A DNA stretch of 64,000 nt from an uncultured Chloroflexia bacterium (GCA_963813535.1 CAWEZH010000003.1:32001-96000); one strand, 5' to 3'. Counted from the stretch's first letter, positions 46,201 to 55,665 are shown. Notes: generated by a model from the sequence alone, not told the origin. Translations and numbers: made by a program.

Positions 46201-48864
46201 GATGATCGGAGCTGCGATCAGGGCGCGCACGTTGGCGAGGTCGGCCAGCGAATCGGTCAGCACGTCGTGCTCGAATTCGGCCGTGTTGTAGTCGGCCACG
46301 TTGATGACGCGCCCCTCGGCGACGGCCTTGCCGGCGACCCCCTGGCCGACCCGCAGGCTGTTGAGCTTGAGCGCCTCGCGCTGTGCCGTGGGGAGACCGG
46401 CGTCGTACGCCCAGATCAGCGTGTCCCGCTCCGGGTCGTACTGGTCGATGACGGCCCCGTCGGCCCGCAGGAGGCGGTGCGCTTCGTCGATGATCGCCTG
46501 GAGCACCTCGTCGGGTTCGCGGAGGGCGGTGATGCGGGCGGCGATCTGCCGCAGCGACCGTTCGGCCTCGGCTCGTCGCTCGACGTCCGCCTGTGAGCGG
46601 GCGAGGGCCTCCATCAGATTCGCGTTCACGATCGCGATGGACGCGTGGGTCGCGAGCGCCGAGAGCGTCTCCACGTCGGCCTCGGCGTACGTCCCGGGCT
46701 GGCGCGACACGACCGACAACACGCCCAACGGGCGGGCGTCCTCGCCGGTCAGCGGGACCGCGATCACGGCCCGGATGCCGGCCTTGCGGATGAACTTCTC
46801 GATGCCAGGTGTCGTCTCGAAGCGGCTATCAGCGAGGTAGTCGGCGGTCATGTATGGCCGCTGATCGGCGAACGCCAGGCCGGCGACGGCCTGACCGGGC
46901 TTGATCCCGCCGGTCCGACCCCAGTCCGGGACGTCGCGCATCGCGTCGCCGGCCGAGTAGGCCCACAGGAGCGAACTGGTCGCGTCGTCCCAGAGGTCGA
47001 TCCGCGAGCCGTCCGACTCGAGGAGACGGGCCGCCTCGACGACGATCCGGTCCAGCACCTCGGTCGGATCGAGGATCGACGACACGCGGACGGCGATCCC
47101 GCGTAGCGTCCGCTCCGCGTCGGCGCGGCGGGCGGTCTCCTCGCGCGAACGTTCGAGCTCGGCGATGAGGCGCACATTGGCGATGGCCACGGCCGCCTGG
47201 TCGGCCAAGCCGACGAGCACGGCTGCATCCTGCTCGTCGTAGCCGTTCGGACGATCGACGTAGACCGTGATGGCGCCGATCACCTCTCCGCGGCGCAGCA
47301 GCGGGGCCGCGATGACCGACTCGATGCCGGCCTCCACGACGAACTTGTCGCGCTCCGGGGTGTGCATGAAGCGGTCGTCGCGCAGGTAGTCACCGCTCCA
47401 CTCGACCTTGCCCGTCCGCAGCGTCATGCCCGATACGCCCGCATCCGGCTGGAGCTCGACCTCGGCCAGGAACTTGTCGTTGTAGTGCAGCCGCGTGTCG
47501 GTATGGCGGTACGAGTCGCCGGCGGCGTCGGCCGGGTCGATGAGGTCGATCATCGCCCCGCTGGAACGGAGGAGGCGCGTCGCGGCATCGACGACCGCCT
47601 GGAGGATCTCGTCCTTGTCGCGCATCGCCGTCACGATCGCGGCGATCTCGCGGAGCGTGCGCTCGGCCTCGGCGGTCCGAGCCAGCGCCGCGCGCGATTC
47701 GGCGAGCTCCGTGATCAGGCGCGCGTTCGTGATCGCGATCGCGGCCTGGCTGGCGAGGGCCCGGACGAGGGCGGCGTCATCCTCGTCGAAGGCGTCCGGC
47801 CTGACCGCATACACCTCGATGACCCCGAGCGGTTCGTGCTCGCCGGTGATCGGTGCCGCGATCATCGACCGGAACCCGGTCCGCTCGTAGAACGTGGAGT
47901 TCTCGGGTCCCGGGGGGAACAGGGAGGCGAGATCGTCCCCGGCGACGACGACCCGGTCCTCGGCCACGGCCACACCGGTCGCTCCTTCGCCGACCGAGAT
48001 CCACAGGTTCATGCGTTCCTCGGCGCTGAACTGCTTGCGGAGACCGTCGTCGTACGCCCACCGCAGATTGCCGGTCTCCGGGTCGAGCAGATCGAGGATC
48101 GCGCCCTCGCCGCCGACCAGGCGGCTCGCCAGCTCGACGACCTCCTGCAGGATCTCGGCCGGATCGCGCAGCGCCGTGATGCGGGCGGCGATCTCCCGCA
48201 GTGCCTGCTCGGCGTCGGCTCGCCGGGCGAGGCCCTCCCGAGAGCGGTCGAGCTCCTGACGCGATCGGTCGAGCTCCTCGATGAGCCGGGCGTTGGCCAT
48301 CGCGCTCGCGGCGTGCTCCGCGAGGGCACGCACCAGCGCGATCTGCGCCGCGTCGAAGGCGTCCTCCGCCTGGGAGAACGAGCCGAGGGCGCCGAACACT
48401 TCGTCACCGGCCACCAGCGGAGCCACGACCATCGACCTGATGCCGAGGTCATCCACGACTCGATCCGCGCTCCGCGAGTGCCGGAATGCCGAGTCATTGC
48501 GGTAGTCGGACGTGACCACGACGGCGCGCGAAGCGACCGCCCGCCCGAACATCCCGACCCCCGGTGCCAGCTCGAGGTCCCGGATCCACTCGCGCGTGCG
48601 CTCGCGCTTGATGCCCGCATCGTGGGCGAAGCGCAGGTTCCCGCTCTCGGCGTCGATCAGGTAGACCATCGCGCCGTCCGCATCCAGAAGGCGAGCGGTC
48701 TCCTCGACGGCCGCGGTCAGCAGACCGTGGACAGCACCCCCGCCGTCGGGATCGCGCGAGCTCCGGCCGGCACGGGATCGCGTCGCATCGGGTTCGGCGG
48801 CAGGTGCGGTCGACGCAGTCGACGCAGGCGTGCGCGGGCGACGGGGTCGGACAGGAGCGCTCAT
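43285..48864 (-). CDS. Soluble multi-sensor histidine kinase (6 GAF + 4 PAS + HisKA_3 + HATPase)
   Basis: Six repeats ending in A(xQ/H)A(A/S)(I/V/S)A..N, four PAS repeats ending in RD(V/I/M), H-box ARELHDSVTQ, and EALHNVVKHA, DDGKGF, GLAGM. Confidence 0.93.
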   Translation of the reverse strand: MSAPVRPRRPRTPASTASTAPAAEPDATRSRAGRSSRDPDGGGAVHGLLTAAVEETARLLDADGAMVYLIDAESGNLRFAHDAGIKRERTREWIRDLELAPGVGMFGRAVASRAVVVTSDYRNDSAFRHSRSADRVVDDLGIRSMVVAPLVAGDEVFGALGSFSQAEDAFDAAQIALVRALAEHAASAMANARLIEELDRSRQELDRSREGLARRADAEQALREIAARITALRDPAEILQEVVELASRLVGGEGAILDLLDPETGNLRWAYDDGLRKQFSAEERMNLWISVGEGATGVAVAEDRVVVAGDDLASLFPPGPENSTFYERTGFRSMIAAPITGEHEPLGVIEVYAVRPDAFDEDDAALVRALASQAAIAITNARLITELAESRAALARTAEAERTLREIAAIVTAMRDKDEILQAVVDAATRLLRSSGAMIDLIDPADAAGDSYRHTDTRLHYNDKFLAEVELQPDAGVSGMTLRTGKVEWSGDYLRDDRFMHTPERDKFVVEAGIESVIAAPLLRRGEVIGAITVYVDRPNGYDEQDAAVLVGLADQAAVAIANVRLIAELERSREETARRADAERTLRGIAVRVSSILDPTEVLDRIVVEAARLLESDGSRIDLWDDATSSLLWAYSAGDAMRDVPDWGRTGGIKPGQAVAGLAFADQRPYMTADYLADSRFETTPGIEKFIRKAGIRAVIAVPLTGEDARPLGVLSVVSRQPGTYAEADVETLSALATHASIAIVNANLMEALARSQADVERRAEAERSLRQIAARITALREPDEVLQAIIDEAHRLLRADGAVIDQYDPERDTLIWAYDAGLPTAQREALKLNSLRVGQGVAGKAVAEGRVINVADYNTAEFEHDVLTDSLADLANVRALIAAPIIGEAGPLGAIEVMSHEPSAFDELDAAVLGGLAEQAAIAITNAQLIDELERSKRALARRAETERSLRDITARIAALTDPDEVLERVVEEARRLLESDGAHLTRMASDGENLVPVVVSGGAGDATHEWLMGMRFPLGGGINGLAALQGAPVFTSDYQADPRIPHELDDQAVAKRMGLVGMAAAPLRAPGGEVIGTLAISSSTPRTFEPDDLDLLQGLADQAAIALTNSRLLTRLTQEEKRFRGLVQTTPDVIWRADAEGVFTFMADSAEQLFGWPVERIVGEHFGFLTHPDSIPIAREKYAAVGRDPDLVERVQLVLVRRDGSTFSAEVTTAGVFEDGVWVGAQGTVRDVSERARLERELRGSEERYRYLVQNAPDLIWSIDADANITFLSAAVERLTGFRPDELLGKHFGALVHDSSQEVADFDWTTAMETGTQEVRGRINLQHRDGSSVPAEFIAVASLDDAGHFTGANGSVRDMRERDRLERDLRASEDRYRNLASSSPDMVFATDAEGRYTFLSDRASTMLGWDLEDTLGRAFFERVAPGWEGAAAASYQAVLDDPTTVHSVRMDFLDGDGAPRALEINVLAKVEDGVVVGINGVARDISERLRLEHELSQSEERYRFLIQNSPDIVFATDAEGRFTFLSDAIERVTGNTSADMIGQHFSVLVDQSTVPLAGDRWGELVAHPDREQQAALVLTGPDGRRVPVDVRAIGVTDDAGRFAGIQGATRDVSDQVRLENELRRQAGELAAGEERAHLARELHDSVTQALFSMTLVSRSVEMLLEKDPAAARDQLVQLRDLQREALAEMRALIFELRPGNLEQDGLVRALKTHASALQGRLGLPIVVESDLTDRMPLPAEEVLYRIAQEALHNVVKHAAAHQVRVDVRRDGGGVRLRVEDDGKGFDPERVPDGHLGLAGMRARADRIGAEFSCASRPGEGTTVEVRMGPDTLDDLAAAAGIQRPSTTLEDASIRDG

Positions 48865-49120
48865 CGGCCGTTGAGGATACGCCGGGCATTCGTGCGGCGG
48901 GCATCGCCGTTCGGCGATGTCGACTACGTCATCCGGCCGAGACGGCGACCGTCGTCCGGCCGCGGCGAGCCTGGTCGTCAGGCAGGGCCAAGTGGGGGCG
49001 AGCGTCCGGTCGGTTCGGTGTCGCTTGCCGGGCGTGCCGGGCAGGGTCCGCGTCCGACGATGCTCTCGTCACCGACCGGACTGATCCGGCACCCACCACA
49101 GACGAGGTCCCGACAACGAG

Positions 49121-49549
49121 ATGTTCGCCTCCCGAACGCCACTCCGCCTTTCCGACGTCGTCATCCGCGCCGCGATCGTCGGTCTTGTCCTTGCCACCGG
49201 GTACATCCACCTGACCCTCGGCGGGCTGCTCTTCACCCTGAACGCGCTCGGCTACTTCACCGCCGCGGTCGCGATGGTCGTGCCGCTCGCGCTGGCCGTC
49301 CGGTTCCGCTGGTTCGTCCGCGTCGGCCTGATCGGCTACGCGGCGACGGCGATCGTCGCCTGGGCGATCATGGGCCCCTACTTCCAGCTGGCCTACATCG
49401 CCAAGGGCATCGAGGTGGCGCTTATCGCACTGCTGGTCATCGACTTCGCCCGCATGGACGGCAATCCCGTCAACGTCGTGAAGCGCGAGCTGGCCGCTCT
49501 CAACGGTTTCGTGGCCAAGACCCGCGGCACCGCCGGCGCCGGGGCGTAG
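49121..49549 (+). CDS. Four-TM hypothetical membrane protein
   Basis: Hydrophobic segments with LATGYIHL, FTLNALGY and KGIEV. Confidence 0.75.
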   Translation: MFASRTPLRLSDVVIRAAIVGLVLATGYIHLTLGGLLFTLNALGYFTAAVAMVVPLALAVRFRWFVRVGLIGYAATAIVAWAIMGPYFQLAYIAKGIEVALIALLVIDFARMDGNPVNVVKRELAALNGFVAKTRGTAGAGA

Positions 49550-49589
49550 CGATCCGCGCTAGGGTTAGCGCATCACATCGATCCAACGG

Positions 49590-49618
49590 ACGAGCCGCGT
49601 CACGGTGACGCGGCTCGT
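49590..49618. repeat. Perfect 14-bp inverted repeat between the membrane protein and cupredoxin genes
   Basis: ACGAGCCGCGTCAC-G-GTGACGCGGCTCGT. Confidence 0.85.
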
Positions 49619-49643
49619 TCCACGCCGTGAAGGAGACCCATCC

Positions 49644-50045
49644 ATGAAGCGAGTCGTCCAGGCTCTCGCCCTCGCCGGGCTGGCCGCCCTCACCGTCGCC
49701 TGCTCGGGCGGTGGCTCCTCCCCCGCCCCGGCCACAGCCGCCCCGGCCAGCCCGGGCGCCTCGGCACCGGCCGGCGGCGGCACCACGATCGTCGCCAAGG
49801 ACCTCGCGTTCCAGCCGACGACCCTGACGATCGCCGCCGATACCCCGACCGAGATCATCCTCGACAACCAGGAGCAGGTGCCGCACAACATCGCCATCAA
49901 GGACGGCGCGGGGGCCACCGTGTTCAAGGGCGAGATCGTCACCGGCACGAAGGTCACGAACGCCGTGCCGGCTCTGCCCGCGGGTGCCTATACCTTCTGG
50001 TGCGAGGTCCATCCGAACATGACCGGGACACTGACCGCCGAGTAG
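49644..50045 (+). CDS. Cupredoxin (plastocyanin-like) lipoprotein
   Basis: AAGGAG RBS, lipobox TVAC, and type-1 copper ligands in PHN...YTFWCEVHPNM. Confidence 0.88.
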   Translation: MKRVVQALALAGLAALTVACSGGGSSPAPATAAPASPGASAPAGGGTTIVAKDLAFQPTTLTIAADTPTEIILDNQEQVPHNIAIKDGAGATVFKGEIVTGTKVTNAVPALPAGAYTFWCEVHPNMTGTLTAE

Positions 50046-50071
50046 CCCGCGCACGCATCCAGTACCGACGC

Positions 50072-50110
50072 CGACCCCGGGACCACCACGGATCCGGGGT
50101 CGCTGCGTTC
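50072..50110 (+). terminator. Terminator-like hairpin
   Basis: CGACCCCGG...CCGGGGTCG stem after the cupredoxin gene. Confidence 0.55.
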
Positions 50111-50167
50111 TCCCTCCCTCGGAGGGTCGGGTACCGTTGCGCTGCAGTCGACCGCACGGGAGTGCCC

Positions 50168-51097
50168 ATGCTCGAGATCGATGACCTGGCGAAGCGCTAC
50201 GGCAATGTCGTCGCGCTCGATGGCGCCAGCTTCACCGCCCGTCCGGGCCGGATCGTCGGCTTCCTCGGTCCGAACGGGGCCGGCAAGACCACGACGATGC
50301 GCTGCGTCTTCGGGCTTGTCAGGGCGGATCGCGGCACGGTGCGGTGGAAGGGCCAGCCGGTCGATCGCGATGCCCGCCTGCGGTTCGGCTACATGCCCGA
50401 GCAGCGCGGCCTCTATCCGCGGATGCGAGTCGGCGAGCAGGTCTCGTACTTCGCCCAGCAGCACGGTCTGACGCCGCGGGACGCGGACGCGGCGGGCCGT
50501 CGGTGGCTCGAGCGGATGGGGCTCGGCGACCGCGCCAAGTCGAAGCTCGAGGAGCTGTCGCACGGCAACCAGCAGCGCGTCCAGTTGACCGTCGCGCTGG
50601 CGCATGATCCGGAGCTGCTCGTCCTCGACGAACCGTTCTCGGGTCTCGACCCGATCGGCATCGCGACCATGACCGACGTCCTCCATGATCGCGCTGCGAA
50701 CGGCGTCGGGGTCGTCTTCTCGAGTCACCAGCTCGACCTCGTCGAGGACGTGTGCGAGGACGTGGTGATCATCGCCCGTGGGCGCGTCGTCGCGGCGGGT
50801 GCGATCGACGAGCTCAAGACCCGGTCGGGTCGACGGCATCTCGAGATCGAGGTCGTCGGCTCGGACGGCTCGTGGCTCGATGGCGATGGCTCCCTGACCG
50901 TCCTCGAGCAGGACGGCGACCGTGTGAAGCTGCTCGTGAGGGACGACGTCGATCTCGACGCGCTCCTGGCGCGGGCGCGCGACGCCGGTGAGGTCCGCAC
51001 GTTCGCCTACCAGGCCCCGAAGCTGTCGGAGCTGTTCATGGAAGCCGTGACACCGACGCCCGCTCCGACCACGTCCCTGGCGGAGCCCGTCGCATGA
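50168..51097 (+). CDS. ABC transporter ATP-binding protein (NatA/YhaQ-like)
   Basis: Motifs GPNGAGKT, LSHGN, VLDEPFSGLDP and SSH. Confidence 0.92.
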   Translation: MLEIDDLAKRYGNVVALDGASFTARPGRIVGFLGPNGAGKTTTMRCVFGLVRADRGTVRWKGQPVDRDARLRFGYMPEQRGLYPRMRVGEQVSYFAQQHGLTPRDADAAGRRWLERMGLGDRAKSKLEELSHGNQQRVQLTVALAHDPELLVLDEPFSGLDPIGIATMTDVLHDRAANGVGVVFSSHQLDLVEDVCEDVVIIARGRVVAAGAIDELKTRSGRRHLEIEVVGSDGSWLDGDGSLTVLEQDGDRVKLLVRDDVDLDALLARARDAGEVRTFAYQAPKLSELFMEAVTPTPAPTTSLAEPVA

Positions 51098-52290
51098 GCC
51101 GCTGGCGGAGCATCTGGCTGGTCGCCAAGCGGGAGATCCTGGAGCGCGGACGAAGTCGCGGGTTCGTGTTCTCGGTGGCCTTCACGACGCTGCTCGTCAT
51201 CGGGTCCTTCGTGGTCCCCACGCTGCTGTTCGGGGACGAGGATCCCAAGGTGATCGGCGTGGTCGGACCGGCTCCGGCCGGGCTCGAGTCGGCGATGGCC
51301 CTGACGGCCGGTCAGCTCGGCCAGGAGGTCCGGGTCGTCGAGCTCGACAGCGAGGCAGCGGCCCAGGCCGCGCTCGCGGATGAATCGGTCGACGCCGTCG
51401 TGAGCGTACCGGCCGACCTGTCCTCGCCAGGAACGGTCCGGTTCCCGAAGGAGCCCGACAACGCCGTGTCCCAGATCGCGACGGCATCGATCGTCGCCCT
51501 GCGCATCCAGGACCTGCTCGCCGAGGCCGACATCGATCCGGCCGCGCTGCTCGCCGTACAGCAGCCGCCCACGGTCGACTCGGTCGACCCTGAGACGGAG
51601 GCCGACCAGGCCCGCTTCCTGTTCGCGAATATCGGCGCCGTGCTGATCCTGGTCGGTATCTTCAGCTTCGGCTTCACGGTGCTGACCGGGGTGATCGAGG
51701 AGAAGCAGAGCCGTGTCGTCGAGGTCGTCCTCTCGACGGTCCGCCCACGCGACCTGCTGATGGGCAAGGTCCTCGGCATCGGGGTCCTTGGGCTCGTGCA
51801 GCTGGTCGTGTTCGTCGCCGCCGCGCTGGCGGCTGCCGTGCTGACAGATCGGTTCACGCTGCCCGCGACCACGCCCGGGGCCGTGGTCATGCTGGCGATC
51901 TGGTTCATCCTGGGCTATGCGCTGTACTCGACGGCGCTGGGCTTCCTGGGTGCCTTGGCATCGCGCATCGAGGAAGCCTCCAATGCGTCGACCCCGGTCA
52001 CGATGATCGCGATGATCAGCTACTTCGTCGCGATCTTCGCGGTCATCAACGACCCGTCCGGCCCCGTGGCCCGGATCGCCACGTTCTTCCCGCCCTCGGC
52101 ACCGTTCGTCGTGCCACTCCGGGCGGCGTTCGATGCGATCGAACCGGTCGAGACGGTGCTCGCCATCGCCGTCACGGTCGTGGCGATCTGGGTCCTGTTC
52201 TCGATCGGCGCCCGTGTGTATGCCGGTGCCGTGCTCCAGACGGCGGGCCGCACGAAGCTGCGCGACGCGTGGCGCTCCGCCGGGGAGTAG
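51094..52290 (+). CDS. ABC-2 transporter permease (NatB/YhaP-like)
   Basis: EEKQSRVVEVVLSTVRPRDLLMGKVLG and multiple TM segments. Confidence 0.9.
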   Translation: MSRWRSIWLVAKREILERGRSRGFVFSVAFTTLLVIGSFVVPTLLFGDEDPKVIGVVGPAPAGLESAMALTAGQLGQEVRVVELDSEAAAQAALADESVDAVVSVPADLSSPGTVRFPKEPDNAVSQIATASIVALRIQDLLAEADIDPAALLAVQQPPTVDSVDPETEADQARFLFANIGAVLILVGIFSFGFTVLTGVIEEKQSRVVEVVLSTVRPRDLLMGKVLGIGVLGLVQLVVFVAAALAAAVLTDRFTLPATTPGAVVMLAIWFILGYALYSTALGFLGALASRIEEASNASTPVTMIAMISYFVAIFAVINDPSGPVARIATFFPPSAPFVVPLRAAFDAIEPVETVLAIAVTVVAIWVLFSIGARVYAGAVLQTAGRTKLRDAWRSAGE

Positions 52291-52293
52291 GCG

Positions 52294-53238
52294 TCAGTCG
52301 AGGGCTTCGAACAGGCCGGGGAGCCCGCCGGCGTGCCAGAAGACGACCCGCTGGCCATCCCACGCCCCCGAGCGCACGCCGGCGACCAGACCGGCCAGCG
52401 CCTTGGCCGTGTAGATCGGGTCCACCAGGATCGCCTCCGTGTGGGCCAGCAGCTCGGCCGCCTCACGGGCGGCATCGGTCGGGCGGCCGTACCCCTCGCC
52501 GATCTGGCGCTCGTCGAGCTCGATCGTGCTCGGGTCGACTCGCCGGCCGAGATCGGCCGCAGTCCGGGCGATGACCGGTCGGAGCTCGTCGGCCGTGCGC
52601 GCGGCGACGATGCCGTCGACCGCGATCGCCGGTGGGAGGCCGGTCAGGAGGCCGGCGTGCGTCCCTCCGGTCGCGCTTGCCAGCACGACCCGGTCGATGG
52701 ACACGCCGGCATCACGGGCCTGCGCGAGGACCTCTCGGGCGGCGAGCAGCTGACCGTACGCGCCGAGCGCGCCGGAGCCGCCGACGTCGATCACGTACGG
52801 GCGCCCACCCGCGGCAGCCGTCTCGGCCACCACGTCCCGTACCTTCGCCTCGCGCTCGGCTCGATCCGCCGTCGCCAGCTGATGGACCGTGGCGCCGAAC
52901 GCCTGTGCCAGCCGGATGCCCGGTCCCGGCGGATCGGCCGGTGGCCCCGAGAGGACGAGATGGACGCGGAGGCCGGCTCGGGCGCCTGCGGCGGCCGTCA
53001 GCCGGGCGTGGTTCGACCAGCGTCGGCCGCTGGTGACGAGCGTGTCGGACCCCTCGGCGAGCGCCGCGCCGACCAGGAACTCGAGATTGCGCAGCTTGTT
53101 GCCGCCGAACGCGAGGGGCAGGAGATCCTCGCGCTTCACCCAGATCTCGACCTTGCCACCGAGCGCCTGGCTGAAGCGGGGCATGGCATGGAACGGCGAC
53201 GGCCCATCGATGAGCGGGAAGCGGGGCGGAGACGCCAT
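52294..53238 (-). CDS. D-cysteine desulfhydrase / ACC deaminase family PLP enzyme
   Basis: KREDLLPLAFGGNKLR, SNHAR, ATGGTHAGL and DPIYTAK. Confidence 0.9.
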   Translation of the reverse strand: MASPPRFPLIDGPSPFHAMPRFSQALGGKVEIWVKREDLLPLAFGGNKLRNLEFLVGAALAEGSDTLVTSGRRWSNHARLTAAAGARAGLRVHLVLSGPPADPPGPGIRLAQAFGATVHQLATADRAEREAKVRDVVAETAAAGGRPYVIDVGGSGALGAYGQLLAAREVLAQARDAGVSIDRVVLASATGGTHAGLLTGLPPAIAVDGIVAARTADELRPVIARTAADLGRRVDPSTIELDERQIGEGYGRPTDAAREAAELLAHTEAILVDPIYTAKALAGLVAGVRSGAWDGQRVVFWHAGGLPGLFEALD

Positions 53239-53269
53239 CGGGCGGATGGTAGCGACCTATCATCGACAC

Positions 53270-53728
53270 ATGCCCGAGCAGGTCGAGCCCACGACGCATC
53301 TCGGGCTGCCGGCGTGGGGGTTCGCCTTTCCGGGACCTCTTCGTGACGAACTGACAGCGCTCGCGCTCGACGGCACGAAGACAGCGACCGCGAGCCTTGG
53401 CGTGGACTTCGTCCTGGATGGGTCCACGCTTCCGCGAGCCGGTGACCGCGAGGTGCTGCTGGACTCCGCCGGGCGACCGATCGCCATCGTCGAGATCACG
53501 CGCGTCGAGCTGTCGACGATCGGTCTGGTCGGCGACGAGTTCGCCCGAGCCGAGGGCGAGGGCTTCGCGGACTCCGTCGAGTGGCGGGAGGCCCACGAGC
53601 GGTTCTGGGGGAGCTACATCGATGACCTGCGAACCGGGCTGCAGGATCCCACATTCACGCTGACGGATTCCACGGTCGTGGTCTGCGAGTGGTTCCGCAT
53701 CGTCGAGCGCCTCGAGGCGACCGGCTGA
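53270..53728 (+). CDS. ASCH domain protein
   Basis: Motifs GTKTATAS, FARAEGEG and WREAHERFW. Confidence 0.88.
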   Translation: MPEQVEPTTHLGLPAWGFAFPGPLRDELTALALDGTKTATASLGVDFVLDGSTLPRAGDREVLLDSAGRPIAIVEITRVELSTIGLVGDEFARAEGEGFADSVEWREAHERFWGSYIDDLRTGLQDPTFTLTDSTVVVCEWFRIVERLEATG

Positions 53729-54144
53729 TGGCGACCCGCATCTCGCCCGATGATCGCGTCACCTCCGTCGGGCAGCACGCCGGCATGGAACGGTCGATCG
53801 CGATCTCGCGGCCGACGGTCGGATCGGAGCAGCTGTATTCCTCGATCGTGTCGACCGCTCCGGGCGACAAGACACGCATCCACCACCACGGCGATTGCGA
53901 GACGTCGATCTACATCGTGACCGGCAGCGCTCGCTACACGTGGGGCACCACCGGTCTGGAGCACGAGATGACCGCATCGGTCGGCGACTTCGTGTACATC
54001 CCCGCCGGCGAGGTCCACGTCGAGGAGAACGCCAGCGCGACCGAGCCGCTCATCGTCGTCCTGACGCGGAACTGTCCCGATTCGCATGTCGTATACGTCG
54101 ATGGCGGCCCGGACGGGGCCGACGACATCCCGGCACCGTGCTGA
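53728..54144 (+). CDS. Cupin domain protein
   Basis: HHHGDCETSIY and GDFVYIPAGEVHVEEN. Confidence 0.88.
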   Translation: MATRISPDDRVTSVGQHAGMERSIAISRPTVGSEQLYSSIVSTAPGDKTRIHHHGDCETSIYIVTGSARYTWGTTGLEHEMTASVGDFVYIPAGEVHVEENASATEPLIVVLTRNCPDSHVVYVDGGPDGADDIPAPC

Positions 54145-54153
54145 CGTGATCCG

Positions 54154-55263
54154 ATGACCGGCGGATGGCGCGACCGATCCTTGCTGGACATGCTGACCGA
54201 GTACGGGCTGGAGCTGTCGCCGGAGCACGAGTTCCCGACCGATGGCTGGTCGGGCGCGACGTTCACGAGCCTCATGGACCAGTACGGCCGGCGGTTCGTC
54301 CTCAAGCGAACGTCGCTCGCCACGGATTGGATCGCCCGCGCGACCCGCGACGAGGAGCTCCGCGAGGGCTGGTTCGCCTCGCTGCCGCCGGGTGGTCTGG
54401 CGTGGATCCCGAAGGCCACGACCTCGTATCTGGGCGCGGCAGCCGACGGGGACGGCGTCGCCATCCTGACGCCAGATCTGTCGAACGAGCTGATCGCCTG
54501 GGAGCGGCCGGGGCACGACCCGGCGATCGATGCGGCGACGCTGGATCGCGTCCTGCGCGCGGTCGCGCGCCTCCACGCGGTGCCATGGGCGGCCATCGTC
54601 GAGTCGGCCAACGATCGCGACGGCGAGCCGCCACCGTGGTGCCCGTTGCCGGAGCGGCTGCGGCTTCTCTCGCCCGCCTCGGCCGCACGGTATGCCGCGG
54701 AGGGGAACCCGGTCGGCGACCGCTTCGTCGCCGGTTGGGAGGCATTCGAACGACTGGCACCGGCGGGCGCCCGCGAGCTGGTGGAACGACTCGACGACGA
54801 TCTGTCGCCGCTCCTCCTGGCGCTCGAAGTCCTGCCGTGGGTCGGCCTGCACGGCGACCTGAAGCTCGCCAACGTGGCGCTGCTCCCGGATGACCAGGTT
54901 GCGTTGATCGACTGGCAGATGACGCTGCGCGGGCCAGTCGCCGTCGAGCTGGGCTGGCTTCTGGTCTCGAACAGCGGGTCGTTGCCGGTCGGTCCGGACG
55001 AGGTGCTCCGGCGCTACCGCGATGCACTCGAGTGGGACAGCGGGCGGTGGGGCTCGGGCGGCGGACCGCCCGACTTCGCCAGCCTCGCCGGCGACTGGGA
55101 CCTCCAACGCGACCTGACCTGGATCGTCGGCCTGCTGCTGCGCGGGTGGCGCAAGGGACTCGACGCCCAGGCCGGCCTCACGCTGCCGTCCGGCGTGTCC
55201 GCCGCAGACGACCTCGCCTGGTGGACTGAACGTGCCGCCGAAGCCGCAGCGCGGCGGCTCTGA
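54154..55263 (+). CDS. Aminoglycoside phosphotransferase / choline kinase-like protein
   Basis: Motifs FVLKR, ARLHA, HGDLKLAN and LIDWQ. Confidence 0.85.
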   Translation: MTGGWRDRSLLDMLTEYGLELSPEHEFPTDGWSGATFTSLMDQYGRRFVLKRTSLATDWIARATRDEELREGWFASLPPGGLAWIPKATTSYLGAAADGDGVAILTPDLSNELIAWERPGHDPAIDAATLDRVLRAVARLHAVPWAAIVESANDRDGEPPPWCPLPERLRLLSPASAARYAAEGNPVGDRFVAGWEAFERLAPAGARELVERLDDDLSPLLLALEVLPWVGLHGDLKLANVALLPDDQVALIDWQMTLRGPVAVELGWLLVSNSGSLPVGPDEVLRRYRDALEWDSGRWGSGGGPPDFASLAGDWDLQRDLTWIVGLLLRGWRKGLDAQAGLTLPSGVSAADDLAWWTERAAEAAARRL

Positions 55264-55277
55264 GGAAGGAGCGATCG

Positions 55278-55658
55278 ATGCCGAAGCACGTCCCGCACGG
55301 TCCCGGGCTCGAGCCAGGGCCATACCCGTTCTCCCAGGTCGTCGAGGCGAACGGTTTCGTCTTCCTCGCCGGCCAGGTCGGCGACGCGCCGGGCTCGCAC
55401 GGTGCGGTCCCGGGTGGGATCGAAGCCGAGACCCGCCAGATGCTCGACAACGTCGGCCGGTTGCTCGACGCCGTCGGGCTGACGCCCGCGGACGTGGTCA
55501 AGTGCACGGTCTATCTGCGCGACTTCGGCGACTTCGCGGCGATGAACACCGTGTATCGCGAGTTCTTCGCGACCGACCCGCCGACACGAGCGACGGTCGG
55601 CGTGACCGCCCTGGCGGCCGACTACAACGTCGAGATCGAGGTGATGGCCGCGCGCTGA
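55278..55658 (+). CDS. RidA/YjgF family protein
   Basis: Motifs PFSQVV, LAGQ, FAAMN, PTRATV and VEIE. Confidence 0.92.
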   Translation: MPKHVPHGPGLEPGPYPFSQVVEANGFVFLAGQVGDAPGSHGAVPGGIEAETRQMLDNVGRLLDAVGLTPADVVKCTVYLRDFGDFAAMNTVYREFFATDPPTRATVGVTALAADYNVEIEVMAAR

Positions 55659-55665
55659 ACCGGCG

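Noticed and set aside
43573-49608. Long plus-strand ORFs (679 aa, 748 aa) and similar antisense ORFs throughout the window
   Set aside because: These are typical high-GC shadow frames opposite well-supported genes, with Arg/Gly/Pro-rich composition and no motifs.
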